Positions 9,877-19,689 of a stretch of DNA of 64,000 nucleotides are shown one piece after another; positions within the stretch are counted from its first letter, which is position 1, and every line of letters begins with the position of its first letter. Origin of the DNA: Candidatus Latescibacterota bacterium (GTDB lineage Bacteria > Latescibacterota > UBA2968 > GCA-2709665); NCBI GenBank assembly GCA_965219455.1, contig OZ244744.1, positions 4,448,001 to 4,512,000 on the forward strand, read 5' to 3'. The notes below the pieces were generated by a model. It did not search any database and had not been told where the DNA came from. It worked only from the letters and a program-made list of their open reading frames with translations. A program made the position numbers and the translations under genes.

Positions 9877-12138
9877 TTACAAAACGTTGTTGGAGCTGCC
9901 GTTAACGCGCTGGACGGATGAGACCCCCGGCACGGAAAGGATTTTTTTCCGCAGGTCGCGGAGCTGGTCGACGTTTCTGACCTCTACGGTGAACCTGTTG
10001 CCGACCCGGCCGCCGGCTGTGTTCAGCCTTCCCTCGACGACCGGGATGCCGAGCCCCGATACGACCTGGCTGACGTCTCGAAGGAAATTGGGGCGATCGA
10101 CCCCATTGACGTGTATCTGCACGGTGAAGACTGTCTGCTCTTCGGAATTCCAGTCAACGTCCACCAGGCGGTCGCGACCTTCCGTGAGGTTTGCAATGTT
10201 ACGACAGTCCCTCCGGTGAACAGATATGCCTTTGCCTCGTGTGATGACGCCGAGAACGCCATCGCCATATATGGGCTGGCAGCAGCGGGCGAACTGAATC
10301 ATCAGGTGATTCAGGCTGTGTATGACAATAGGGTTCTTGCGGCCGTTTGTTTTGTGTTCCGGACGCTGGCGTCTGGGTGTTGGGCGGGCTGCGGGAAAAA
10401 TCTGATGCACGACCCGTTCCAGGGAAAGGGTCCCATTGCCCAGGCGGGCGTATAGATGTTCAACGTCCTGCAGGTTGAAGTGCGCGGCAGCCGCTTCCAG
10501 TTTTTCTTCGGCCGTACGTTTTCGTCGTCGTTTGAGTTCGCGATCGAGCATGTCCTGGCCAAGCCGGACACTTTGGGAATATTCTTCTTCGCGCAACCAG
10601 CGTCTGATGCGGCTGCGGGCTTTCGCGCTTTTGATAAAATCGAGCCAGCCCCGGTTGGGTCTCTGGTGGGGGGAGGTAATCACCTCAACGGTACTGCCCG
10701 TTTGCAGCGGGGTCGACAGGGATACCATCTGATCGTCCACCCGGCTGCCGATACAGCGCAGGCCGACATCGGTGTGCACCGCAAATGCAAAGTCCAGAGG
10801 CGTAGCGCCTTCCGGAAGCTGGATGAGGTCCCCTTTGGGGGTAAATACGTAGATTTCGTTTGGAAAGAGATCGACCTTGAGATCATCCATGAATTCTTGC
10901 GGGTTCCTGGTTTCCCGCTGCCACTCCAGCAGGCCGCGCAACCAGGCCATGTGACGGTCCATCTCAGAGGGGCCGCGCTTGCCCTCCTTGTAAAGCCAGT
11001 GGGCCGCAATGCCGACCTCTGCGGTCTGATGCATCTCCCGGGTGCGGATCTGCACCTCGAGCATCATACCCTCCGGACCAATGATCGTGGTGTGAAGCGA
11101 CTGGTACATGTTGCTCTTGGGAGTGGCGATAAAGTCTTTGAAGCGGGCGATAACCGGCGGATACATGGTATGGACCAGGCCCAGAACGTTGTAGCATTCC
11201 GGTATGGTATCGACCAGAACGCGAAACGCCAGAAGGTCGTAGATTTCATCGAACGCTCTTCCGCGCACGTTCATTTTCTTGTATATGCTGCTGAAATTTT
11301 TCGAACGGCCCGTCATGTCGGCCTGAATCCCCGCTTTTTTGAGGGCCTCGGTCAGCGGCCTCTGCACGGCTTCGATGCAGGCCTTACGCTCTTCCCGCGT
11401 CAGGTTGATCTTTTCCTGGATATTCCGGTACGCTTTCGGTTCCAGCCACTTGAGGCTGAGGTCTTCCAGTTCTGCCCGGATCAGGGACATGCCCAGCCGG
11501 TGGGCAAGAGGCGCATAGATATCGCGGCTCTCGTAAACCATGCGCTCCTGGCTATCCGGACGCATATACTTCAGGGTGCGCATGTTGTGCAGGCGGTCCG
11601 CCAGTTTGACGAGAACCACGCGGATGTCTCGTGCCATCGAGAGCAGCATCTTGCGGAAATTCTCGGCCTGTTCGGCTTCAGGGCTCTGGAAGGAAAAGTC
11701 TTTAATTTTGGAAACACCGTCCACCAGGCCGGCAATTTCAGCCCCGAAATGAGATTCGATCTGAGAAAGCGGAACACGGGTCTCGTCCACAACGTCGTGT
11801 AGCAGGCCCGCGGCGACGGTTGAGGAATCCATGCCGAGGTCGATCAGGATGCGGCAGACGGCCACGGCATGAGATATGGCAGGATCGCCGGATTTGCGGC
11901 GCTGGTTGCGATGGGCCAGTTCAGCAAAGTGGTAGGCTTTGGCAATGAGCCGAAGATTCTGTATCGGACGAACGTCGATGGCCGACCGAAGCAGGTTCTG
12001 AAGATCGGGAAAACCAGACTCACGTTCGACAACGGCTTCGATGGCCGGAAGGGTTTTGGTGCCAGCCGTTTGTAACGTCACCGAGACCTCCATCGGATTT
12101 GATTTGCCCACGCTGGTGGTACGCCCGGCAGAAACCAT
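9877..12138 (-). CDS. Long RelA/SpoT homologue (HD, synthetase, TGS, ZFD and ACT domains)
   Basis: KLADRLHNMRTL, YAPLAHRLG, RFKD...PKSNMYQSLHT, EVQIRT, GIAAHWLYKE, YVFTPKG (TGS), ARCCQPIYGD, C-terminal ACT. The start may be ATG 12093. Confidence 0.95.
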   Translation of the reverse strand: MVSAGRTTSVGKSNPMEVSVTLQTAGTKTLPAIEAVVERESGFPDLQNLLRSAIDVRPIQNLRLIAKAYHFAELAHRNQRRKSGDPAISHAVAVCRILIDLGMDSSTVAAGLLHDVVDETRVPLSQIESHFGAEIAGLVDGVSKIKDFSFQSPEAEQAENFRKMLLSMARDIRVVLVKLADRLHNMRTLKYMRPDSQERMVYESRDIYAPLAHRLGMSLIRAELEDLSLKWLEPKAYRNIQEKINLTREERKACIEAVQRPLTEALKKAGIQADMTGRSKNFSSIYKKMNVRGRAFDEIYDLLAFRVLVDTIPECYNVLGLVHTMYPPVIARFKDFIATPKSNMYQSLHTTIIGPEGMMLEVQIRTREMHQTAEVGIAAHWLYKEGKRGPSEMDRHMAWLRGLLEWQRETRNPQEFMDDLKVDLFPNEIYVFTPKGDLIQLPEGATPLDFAFAVHTDVGLRCIGSRVDDQMVSLSTPLQTGSTVEVITSPHQRPNRGWLDFIKSAKARSRIRRWLREEEYSQSVRLGQDMLDRELKRRRKRTAEEKLEAAAAHFNLQDVEHLYARLGNGTLSLERVVHQIFPAARPTPRRQRPEHKTNGRKNPIVIHSLNHLMIQFARCCQPIYGDGVLGVITRGKGISVHRRDCRNIANLTEGRDRLVDVDWNSEEQTVFTVQIHVNGVDRPNFLRDVSQVVSGLGIPVVEGRLNTAGGRVGNRFTVEVRNVDQLRDLRKKILSVPGVSSVQRVNGSSNNVL

Positions 12139-12489
12139 GCCCCGACTGTCTGTTCGATGGACGCGGCCAGCCGGGGAATCGGGGCTTCGCCATCCCGGGA
12201 TCGAACACGCCGCCGGTTGCCTGCTGTATCGTCACAAACGGATGATATCATATATTCCAGACAGTCTTTTCGAGAAAACCTCTCAAGAATACAATTTAAC
12301 ATATCCCCGTTTCAGTGTCAACCCGCCACCGGCGTACTCCGACTGCCGCGAAGTGATGCAATCGGTGGCGCGTGTACCGCGTTGAGAACGGGTTTTGCGT
12401 TCCACCTCGCGGCAGATCCGTCCGTCCATGACGACGACATGCAGCGGACGGATCTGGCCGCTCAAAACTACAGATAGTGGAGGATCGAC

Positions 12490-13422
12490 GTGGCCGCAGA
12501 AGATATCCGTGGGGTCGTGGCGGTGCTGGTAACGCCGTTTGATGATCGGGAAGAGATTGTCTTTGAAGATATCGGCCGACAGGTGGATGCGGCGGTGGCA
12601 TTCGGCATCGGAGCGGTGTGTCTGCCTGCGTATGCGAGCGAGTTTTACAAGCAATCGGGACGAGAACGGCTCGCGGTTGTGCGGACCGCGGTGGCGTCCG
12701 CCGCTGGAAGAATTCCGGTGGTGGGACAGTCGAACCACCCTTCGGCCCGACAAGCGGCGAATTTCGCCCGGGCAAATGCGGATGCCGGTGCGGACGTCAT
12801 CAGTTTTGCAATCCCAAGGCAGTTTGGCACAACGGATGCGGACCTGCTAGCGTATTGCCGGACCATCTGTGACGCGGTGGAGGTTCCGATATTGATACAG
12901 GATTTCAATCCGGGCGGTCCGACCGTCGACGGAACGTTCTGCCGGCGACTTCACGAGATCTGCGGTAATTTCAGGTACATCAAGCTGGAGGAGCCGCTTC
13001 TTGGTCGCAAGCTTCTGGGGATTCGGGAGGCAACGGGTGATCAGGTGTCAGTGCTGGAGGGTTGGGGGGGAATGTATATGCCGGATCTGTTCGAGTGGGG
13101 CGTCGCAGGCGTCATGCCCGGGCTTGGGCACGCGGACGTGATGAATCGGATCTGGGAACTCGGATCGACCGGCGACGTGGACGGCGCTCTGGACGTGTTC
13201 GATAGGATCCTGGCGCAGATTGTCTTCTCTCTGCAGGATATGGAGCTGTACCTGGTGGTGGAGAAGCGGTTGTTGGCCGCTCGGGGTATCATCGGGCATT
13301 CACGGGTGCGCAGCCTGGCGTTGACGCCCGATAGGAAAACGCTCTTGCATGTGGACCGGTTGAATGAACGGGTGTTGCAGGTTGCGGAAACACTGGGCTT
13401 CTCACGGCGCCCCCTGGCATAG
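12490..13422 (+). CDS. Dihydrodipicolinate synthase family (class I aldolase) protein
   Basis: GVVAVLVTPFD, VASAAGRIPVV, AGADVI, YIKLE with the Schiff-base Lys. Confidence 0.82.
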   Translation: MAAEDIRGVVAVLVTPFDDREEIVFEDIGRQVDAAVAFGIGAVCLPAYASEFYKQSGRERLAVVRTAVASAAGRIPVVGQSNHPSARQAANFARANADAGADVISFAIPRQFGTTDADLLAYCRTICDAVEVPILIQDFNPGGPTVDGTFCRRLHEICGNFRYIKLEEPLLGRKLLGIREATGDQVSVLEGWGGMYMPDLFEWGVAGVMPGLGHADVMNRIWELGSTGDVDGALDVFDRILAQIVFSLQDMELYLVVEKRLLAARGIIGHSRVRSLALTPDRKTLLHVDRLNERVLQVAETLGFSRRPLA

Positions 13423-13694
13423 CGAACGTCGGCTTCGCCCCTGTGGGAATGATCGACGCGCCGGATCCGATGATGGAACGATGGCTGTGGCGGCGCGGAA
13501 ATCGCTCCGGATGCAGAGGCTGAAGTACGACGATCGAATCCACGGGAAGCGCGACGGGCGAGTTTTCCCTTGCCTGGCCGAGGGGAACAGGCTAAATTGT
13601 CGACGTGTGACAATGCATCAAACCGGTTGCAAGAATCCAACGGCCAATCCAGGAGCGTGGACAAGATATGCGAGGGCCCCGATACGACACGGTG

Positions 13695-14048
13695 ATGGAA
13701 CGGTGTCATCCCCAAACGGAGACCGTGCCGCTGTCATTCATTCTCCGGCATTCGCTCGATCTCGATCCAAATGAAAATACGGATTTGGACGTCGAAAAAC
13801 TGGATGCCGTTAAAAACGCGATTGAGCCCACGTTGACCGGCCGAAAGTACGAGGTATTGCTGCTGCGCTCGCAGGGCAAGTCCATGGCGGAGATCGCGTT
13901 GCTGCTTTCGGTCTCCAAGAGCACGGTACGGAACTATTACCTTCAGGCGATACGGCAGGTGCGCCAGGCGCTGGGTGTGGACATCGAAACAACCCGGCCG
14001 CCGGTCAGAAAGGAAGGGAGCAATCCTGTTTCGCCGTTATCGGCTTAG
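13695..14048 (+). CDS. Small protein with a sigma-70 region 4 / LuxR-type HTH
   Basis: LTGRKYEVLLLRSQGKSMAEIALLLSVSKSTVRNYYLQAIRQVR. Start could be 13668 or 13695. Confidence 0.65.
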   Translation: MERCHPQTETVPLSFILRHSLDLDPNENTDLDVEKLDAVKNAIEPTLTGRKYEVLLLRSQGKSMAEIALLLSVSKSTVRNYYLQAIRQVRQALGVDIETTRPPVRKEGSNPVSPLSA

Positions 14049-14074
14049 AATGACGGGACGGATGGTACAGGTAG

Positions 14075-14102
14075 AGGGGCAGCTACTGGCTGTCTTTTTT
14101 TT
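14075..14102 (+). terminator. Intrinsic terminator
   Basis: GGGGCAGC-TACTG-GCTGTC hairpin followed by a run of about 8 T. Confidence 0.6.
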
Positions 14103-14157
14103 GTTGGGCCGCCTGGGGTTGGTCCAGCGGACACCGAATTGAAGAAAGGAGCCTGCG

Positions 14158-14541
14158 ATGGCGGTATTTCTCCATACCAGGATTCGAGTAAACGACCTGG
14201 ATCGGTCGGCGGCGTTCTATTGCGACCATTTCGGCTTCGTGGTGAAGAGCAGGTCGGAGAAGTCCCCTGCGGGAAACCAGATTATGCACCTGGAATTGCC
14301 TGGCAACGCCCATACGCTCGAACTGACCTATTCGGACGATTACGAACTGAACGTACCCGAGGATCTGATGCATTTTGCGATCGGCGTACCGGACCTCATC
14401 GCGTTTTGCGACGGTCTCGAGAGCAAAGGCATCGAAATCTGGCCAGGAGATTGGCGTAAGTCGTTTCCGACGGGACGGAAGATGGCCTTTGTGGACGACC
14501 CGGACGGATACGAGATTGAACTGCTGGAACGGAAGGAATGA
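14158..14541 (+). CDS. VOC family protein, lactoylglutathione lyase (glyoxalase I)-like
   Basis: FLHTRIRVNDLDRS..FY, LELTY, HFAIGV.D, AFVDDPDGYEIELLE. AAGGAG RBS. Confidence 0.88.
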   Translation: MAVFLHTRIRVNDLDRSAAFYCDHFGFVVKSRSEKSPAGNQIMHLELPGNAHTLELTYSDDYELNVPEDLMHFAIGVPDLIAFCDGLESKGIEIWPGDWRKSFPTGRKMAFVDDPDGYEIELLERKE

Positions 14542-14622
14542 ATGGAGCAGGGCGCCCGCAACAATCGAACCCGCTTCTTCGGTCTTTCGGGCTCGAGTCA
14601 ATAGGTTTGGAAGACGATGGGC

Positions 14623-15516
14623 CTATCCCCGATCGGGCACGCGCCAGTTGGGATACCAGACGGAGGTTTCGGGTAGAGTTTCAGCAGACCAGCTGTTCTG
14701 CATGGTCTCGAACCCGGAGAGCGCCGGGCCAACAACGGTCTCCCACAGGACTTCCACGTCTTCGTAGGTCTGCAGCTTGTGGGCCGGGTTCCTGTCTTTG
14801 TATTCCTCGAGCAGTACCTGTGCCCTTTCGCCCAGCCAGCGGACTTCGTCGGCCACCATGCGCTCGCCAACCCGGCGGTCGGACTGCCGGACCGTGGGCC
14901 CCATCGCGAAATGAGGTCCGGGGGCATTTTCGGCCGGCAACCGGGAGAGGTCCACGCAGTCGGGTTGGAGCGCCCAGAGAAGCGAAGTTTCGACCTTTCC
15001 GGCGTGGTCACCGCCGCTCCGGCCGTCGTTGTCGAAGCCGGGCTGATTGGCTTCGTGGTCCGGCAGGCCATAAAGCCTGGTGCCCACGTGGGGTTGTACC
15101 AGGTCGATGAGCGTTTTGAGATCCTTCCAGTTTGGACCGTAGTGACCGGTAAGGAAAATGGCGGCGTGGAAGCGAAGGTGATCGGCCATGCGAATGTGGT
15201 AGCAGATGTTTTTGAAGTGCTGCCAGGGCGGCATGCAGGTCATCCAGGAGCGTTTCGCCTGGCCCACCGTGCGCTCCAGCCACAGCGCATACCCTCCGAG
15301 TTCGTGTATGTGCCAGAAGTCCGGCGGGGCCACAATACCCCCGTGCGCACGGGCGGCCTCGCAGGCAATGCCGTGCGCTTTCAGACCATCGAGGCCAACG
15401 GCGTCGTGCGGGCCGTGGGGTTCGCAAAGGCCGTAGGGGAAGTAGACGAGCGGGCAATCGTTATAGGCGGCTTCCAGCTGGTCGGGGAACATGCGTTCCC
15501 ACTGCACTTGACGCAT
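14623..15516 (-). CDS. Creatininase family amidohydrolase
   Basis: PYGLCEPHGPH.AVGLD, LTGHYG.N, DHAGKVETS. AAAGGAG RBS upstream of ATG 15516. Confidence 0.85.
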   Translation of the reverse strand: MRQVQWERMFPDQLEAAYNDCPLVYFPYGLCEPHGPHDAVGLDGLKAHGIACEAARAHGGIVAPPDFWHIHELGGYALWLERTVGQAKRSWMTCMPPWQHFKNICYHIRMADHLRFHAAIFLTGHYGPNWKDLKTLIDLVQPHVGTRLYGLPDHEANQPGFDNDGRSGGDHAGKVETSLLWALQPDCVDLSRLPAENAPGPHFAMGPTVRQSDRRVGERMVADEVRWLGERAQVLLEEYKDRNPAHKLQTYEDVEVLWETVVGPALSGFETMQNSWSAETLPETSVWYPNWRVPDRG

Positions 15517-15626
15517 ATCGAAACTCCTTTGGAAAAGTCGTCTGCTTGATTGATCCGGATCGGGCAATCCGAGACCGGATTCAGCGGCGAAATGAGGCTG
15601 CGTAGCGACGGACTCGTTTCGCGCAA

Positions 15627-16667
15627 TTATTGCACCCTGCCTCGGCCGGCAACGGTCCAGACGGCTTCCGCGACCCCGTTCCTTACGGCATAGGCGGCGT
15701 CGTGCAGGTTGGTGGTCATGCCCTGGTGCTGGGGAATAACCGAAAGGCGTTCACCCACCTGGAACGTATGGTCGCATGCGCTCACGTCGATATGGCCATG
15801 TTCCACGGACATGCCGTATATTCTGGCGTCTGGGTGTTCCACGACGTGTCCGTACGGGGTGGGCGGGTAGCTTGTGAAGGTTTTCTGGCCGCCGTCCACA
15901 ATAACGCGCTCGGGTGTGGGCGTGCTGACGACGGTCACGATCACACGTTCGGCGCAGGTAACGGGGTTCGGCGGGTTGTCCGTGTGATTGATACGGCGCA
16001 TGCCCTCGAAGACGTACGAGCCGATGCGGGTTTCGGTACAGCCGATCTGTTTCGAGACGGCTTCGCTTCCGGTCCCGCCCCCGCTGACAACAGGCACGGA
16101 GATGCCGGCGTTTTCCAGCAGCGTTCGTGTTCGCGTCAGAAAGTGTTCGGCCTCCGGCCGGCTGGGATAGGTCATGATGCCCTGGAAGTGAAGGCCGGGC
16201 AATGCGACGACTTTGCCGGCCAGTTCGAGGGCGGCTTCGGGAGACTGGACGCCGCATCGATTGCCGCCGGTATCCAGTTCAATTAAAACAGGGATTTCCG
16301 GTACCCCTGCCCGTTCGGATATACCGCGGGCCGTTTTTTCGGAATCCAGGGCCACGGTTATGGTCGCCCGTTTCCGGAGGTGGACAAGGCGTTCCACCTT
16401 CCTGGCGCCGACGATATTGTAGGGGATGAGGATGTCGGTGATTCCGGCATCGACCATGGCTTCCGCTTCGCCCAGCTTCTGGCAGACAATGCCGATGGCG
16501 CCCGCTTGAAGCTGTAGCCGGGCTATTTCGGGAATCTTGTGGGTTTTGGTATGTACGCGCAGGGCGATTTCGTGCCTGCGGCAGGATTCGGCCAGGTCGT
16601 GGATATTCTTCGAAAGTATGTCGAGATCAATGGTCAACGCAGGCGTATCCAGTTCCTCGATTCGCAT
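15627..16667 (-). CDS. PLP-dependent fold-type III enzyme, D-threonine aldolase / D-serine dehydratase (DSD1) family
   Basis: LDTPAL.ID, LRVHTKTHK (PLP Lys), CQKLGEAE, ELDTGGNRCGV, SGGGT, ETRIGSYVF, SVEHG. Confidence 0.88.
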   Translation of the reverse strand: MRIEELDTPALTIDLDILSKNIHDLAESCRRHEIALRVHTKTHKIPEIARLQLQAGAIGIVCQKLGEAEAMVDAGITDILIPYNIVGARKVERLVHLRKRATITVALDSEKTARGISERAGVPEIPVLIELDTGGNRCGVQSPEAALELAGKVVALPGLHFQGIMTYPSRPEAEHFLTRTRTLLENAGISVPVVSGGGTGSEAVSKQIGCTETRIGSYVFEGMRRINHTDNPPNPVTCAERVIVTVVSTPTPERVIVDGGQKTFTSYPPTPYGHVVEHPDARIYGMSVEHGHIDVSACDHTFQVGERLSVIPQHQGMTTNLHDAAYAVRNGVAEAVWTVAGRGRVQ

Positions 16668-16859
16668 GGGAAACATCCTTTTTTGTTCGGTTGTGAAATG
16701 TGATTTAAGCGGGTAAGTTAAATACCAGGACGGGATAATTCAAAGAAAAAAGTGGGCGCGTGAACTTGCAGGTGTGGTTGATTTCGCTTGACAGCGCATG
16801 TCCTGACGGGCTAATTATGGGTCTGTTGCACCCGTTCACGATACGTTCAGGGGGTTGTC

Positions 16860-17876
16860 TTGGCAATTCAGGTAGGGTTTGTGGGCGCCGGGGGTCGCGC
16901 GAGATCCCATATGAGGGTGTTGCAGGAGATTGAGGATGTGGACATTGTTGCGATTTGCGATGTATTGGGGGAAACCGCTGAGCGTGTGGCCGGCGAATAT
17001 GGCGCGAGGGCGTATACCGACCATCGGAAGATGCTGGAAAGCGAATCGCTGTCGGCCATGTATGTGAGCGTCCCCACGTTTGCGCATACCAACGCGGAGA
17101 TCCTGGCGGCGCGGCAGGGCGTGCATCTGTTCGTGGAAAAACCCGTGGCGCCGACGATGGAGAAAGCCCTCGAAATTCTTGAGGCCGTGCGGGAAGCGGG
17201 CGTATTGACGTGTGTGGGATATCAGTTGCGGTATTCCGGCATCGTGCGGCAGACGAAGGCATTTCTGAAGGGTCGAACGATCGGGATGGCCGCGGTCCAC
17301 CGATGGGGCGGGCTACCGGGAACGCCTTGGTGGCGCGTGATGTCGCAATCGGGCGGACAGATCGTTGAGCAGACCACCCACCAGGTGGATCTGCTTCGCT
17401 ATCTTGTGGGTGACGTGGCGGAAGTGCACGCCTATTACGGATTGCGTACCCTGGATGACGAAGAAGACCTGGATATTCCGGACGTTCATGCGATCAACCT
17501 GAAATTCGAGAAGGGGGCAATTGGCTCGTTGACGTCCACGTGCACGTTTCGGAAGGGCGGTGGGACCGGGCTCATGTCGTTCGTATTGAAAGACATGCGA
17601 GCGGAATTCGGGCCAGAGGGTCTTGTAGTCTATCCGGAATCCGCGGCAGACCCGGGTCCGGTTCAGAGTGATTCCGGAGATATCGACAGGGTGTTTATAA
17701 ATGCTATTCGCAAGGGTGACGGGTCGGCCGTTCTGTCGGACTACGAGGACGGCGTCCGTTCACTCGACGTGACCCTTGCGGCCAACCGGTCCGCCGACAG
17801 CGGTCAGCCCGAAGCGCCCTATTTCTCAAGTTGCGCCTCCGGCACGCGAGAACCGGCGGCTTCTTTCCGCGTGTAA
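16860..17876 (+). CDS. Gfo/Idh/MocA family oxidoreductase
   Basis: VGFVGAGG, HLFVEKP, GYQLRY, SGGQIVEQTTHQVDLLRY. Confidence 0.9.
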   Translation: MAIQVGFVGAGGRARSHMRVLQEIEDVDIVAICDVLGETAERVAGEYGARAYTDHRKMLESESLSAMYVSVPTFAHTNAEILAARQGVHLFVEKPVAPTMEKALEILEAVREAGVLTCVGYQLRYSGIVRQTKAFLKGRTIGMAAVHRWGGLPGTPWWRVMSQSGGQIVEQTTHQVDLLRYLVGDVAEVHAYYGLRTLDDEEDLDIPDVHAINLKFEKGAIGSLTSTCTFRKGGGTGLMSFVLKDMRAEFGPEGLVVYPESAADPGPVQSDSGDIDRVFINAIRKGDGSAVLSDYEDGVRSLDVTLAANRSADSGQPEAPYFSSCASGTREPAASFRV

Positions 17877-17931
17877 GCATGCGTGTTTGCCTTGCACAAT
17901 CCTTAGACGGGAACGTTCTGGAGGTTAACCT

Positions 17932-18609
17932 ATGAAGTCACAGCGCCACCGGCGGCCACGTACGGGTCGGATTCTTGTCGATTATCTGAAGTCGATCTTC
18001 TTTGCGGTTTTTCTGGCTGTATTGATCCGTGCAACGCTGGTGCAGGCCTATCATATTCCATCAGGATCCATGGAGAACACGTTGATGGAGGGCGATTATG
18101 TTCTCGGCGACAAGCTGACTTTCGGCACGCAGATTCCGGATCGTCTGCCTGTCTTGAACTACAAGCTGCCTTCCTTTCGCATGCCGGGTTTTCGTTCTCC
18201 GAAACCCGGCGATCTGGTGATTTTTGAATTTCCGAATGATCCGTCACGGGACTTCATCAAGCGATGTATTGCCGTGGGGGGGCAGACGATTGAGATCCGA
18301 AACAAGGTGGTTTACGTCAACGGCAAACCGTTCGCGAATCCAGCGGGCGTGAAGTTTATGGACGGGCGGACGCAGGCCAAACGGTATAGCGCGCGTGACA
18401 ACTACGGGCCCTATACGGTACCGCCGGGACATGTATTCGTGATGGGGGATAATCGGGACAACAGCGACGACAGCAGGTTCTGGGGGCCGGTGTCGCTTGA
18501 CAAAGTGAAGGCGCATCCGCTGCTGATCTATTTTTCCTGGAATTCCAGCGCGCCGCTCTGGAATCCGTTCGGAAAGATTCGATGGAGACGACTGGGCATT
18601 GTGCGCTGA
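17932..18609 (+). CDS. lepB: Signal peptidase I
   Basis: N-terminal TM segment, IPSGSMENTL (catalytic Ser), DFIKRC (Lys), FVMGDNRDNSDDSRFWG. Confidence 0.95.
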   Translation: MKSQRHRRPRTGRILVDYLKSIFFAVFLAVLIRATLVQAYHIPSGSMENTLMEGDYVLGDKLTFGTQIPDRLPVLNYKLPSFRMPGFRSPKPGDLVIFEFPNDPSRDFIKRCIAVGGQTIEIRNKVVYVNGKPFANPAGVKFMDGRTQAKRYSARDNYGPYTVPPGHVFVMGDNRDNSDDSRFWGPVSLDKVKAHPLLIYFSWNSSAPLWNPFGKIRWRRLGIVR

Positions 18610-18908
18610 GTGTCTCCTGAGGTTTGCAGGAGGAAATAGCGGTCAGGCTCCGCTAGCCTTTTATCATTTCTGAAACTCGGTCTCGCGGAGCACGCCTGCG
18701 TACCTGACTTTCCATAGCGTCGACGTTCATCAATCCGGCCTGCCGGTAGCCAATGTCCATCATTCAGGCCGTGGATTTCAATTATTGCCACTGACCTGCC
18801 GGTTCGAGTCGGGGCGTTTCCGGGGAACGACGTCGGGATTCCGCGGGTCGTGACATCGGATAAAATGGCCGGGAATCTGCGTTGAACATGCTTCTCGAAT
18901 AAAGGAAG

Positions 18909-19499
18909 GTGGGCTCCATGTCCGGACACCGTGCCACTATCTGGTCCAGTTTAGTGTGTGTTGTCGCGATGCTGAGTTGTGGTCCGATTCCGGACGACAC
19001 CGCCAACAATCCGACCGCCGACGGCGACGGCAACCGGGTGTATTCGAACGATGAATGGGGATTCCGGATTTCGGTCCCGGATGTGTGGGGCTGGACGGCG
19101 CAGACGTCCTTCCAGACCCGGGAGTCAAACGGATTGCCGCGGGTCGAAGTGACGATGCAGCGAGAGCCGATCTCCGGATTCGTGGCGGTGATGAACTTGA
19201 GGCCCCGCGCGCTTTCAGAAAATGCGACACTCCAGACCGTTACGGCCGAACTCGAGGAGGAGTTCAAATCCACCTTTCTGGGATACCGGGCTGAGGAGAA
19301 GCGCACGTTTCAGATCTCGGGGCGCGAAGGCATCGAGTGGATTTTCCGGACGGTATTTCTGCGTCGACGGGGCGACCGGTTTTTCGTTACGGTGGTGTTG
19401 GACGGGCGGAAGGCTTATTTGATGATGGGCAACGGGATGTCTGCCGTCTTTCCCGTTGATGAATACCGTTCAATTGCGTCCTCTCTCGAATTCCGATAG
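18909..19499 (+). CDS. Putative lipoprotein, PsbP/DcrB-like
   Basis: Hydrophobic N-terminus ending in a lipobox-like MLSC. Y.N.EWGFRISVP..W and C-terminal Y..IASSLEF resemble the PsbP-like pattern. Confidence 0.5.
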   Translation: MGSMSGHRATIWSSLVCVVAMLSCGPIPDDTANNPTADGDGNRVYSNDEWGFRISVPDVWGWTAQTSFQTRESNGLPRVEVTMQREPISGFVAVMNLRPRALSENATLQTVTAELEEEFKSTFLGYRAEEKRTFQISGREGIEWIFRTVFLRRRGDRFFVTVVLDGRKAYLMMGNGMSAVFPVDEYRSIASSLEFR

Positions 19500-19689
19500 A
19501 ATCAGGCGGCAGAGGGAGGAAATGGAGACGCGAGCCGTTTTTCCCGCGTCGTAACGAACCGGTGGCGGTCGTTTTGCTTGTCGTTGGGAAATTCCCCCGC
19601 TGCCGACTGTACGGATATTGACTGCACGGCGTTGATTGGCATCAAAAGGGCTCCTCCGGGTTTCTGTTTCAGCCCGGGCGAGCTATTTT

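Noticed and set aside
18798-18815. GGTTCGAGTC resembling a tRNA T-loop
   Set aside because: The flanking bases do not form a T-stem, and no acceptor, D or anticodon arms can be built.
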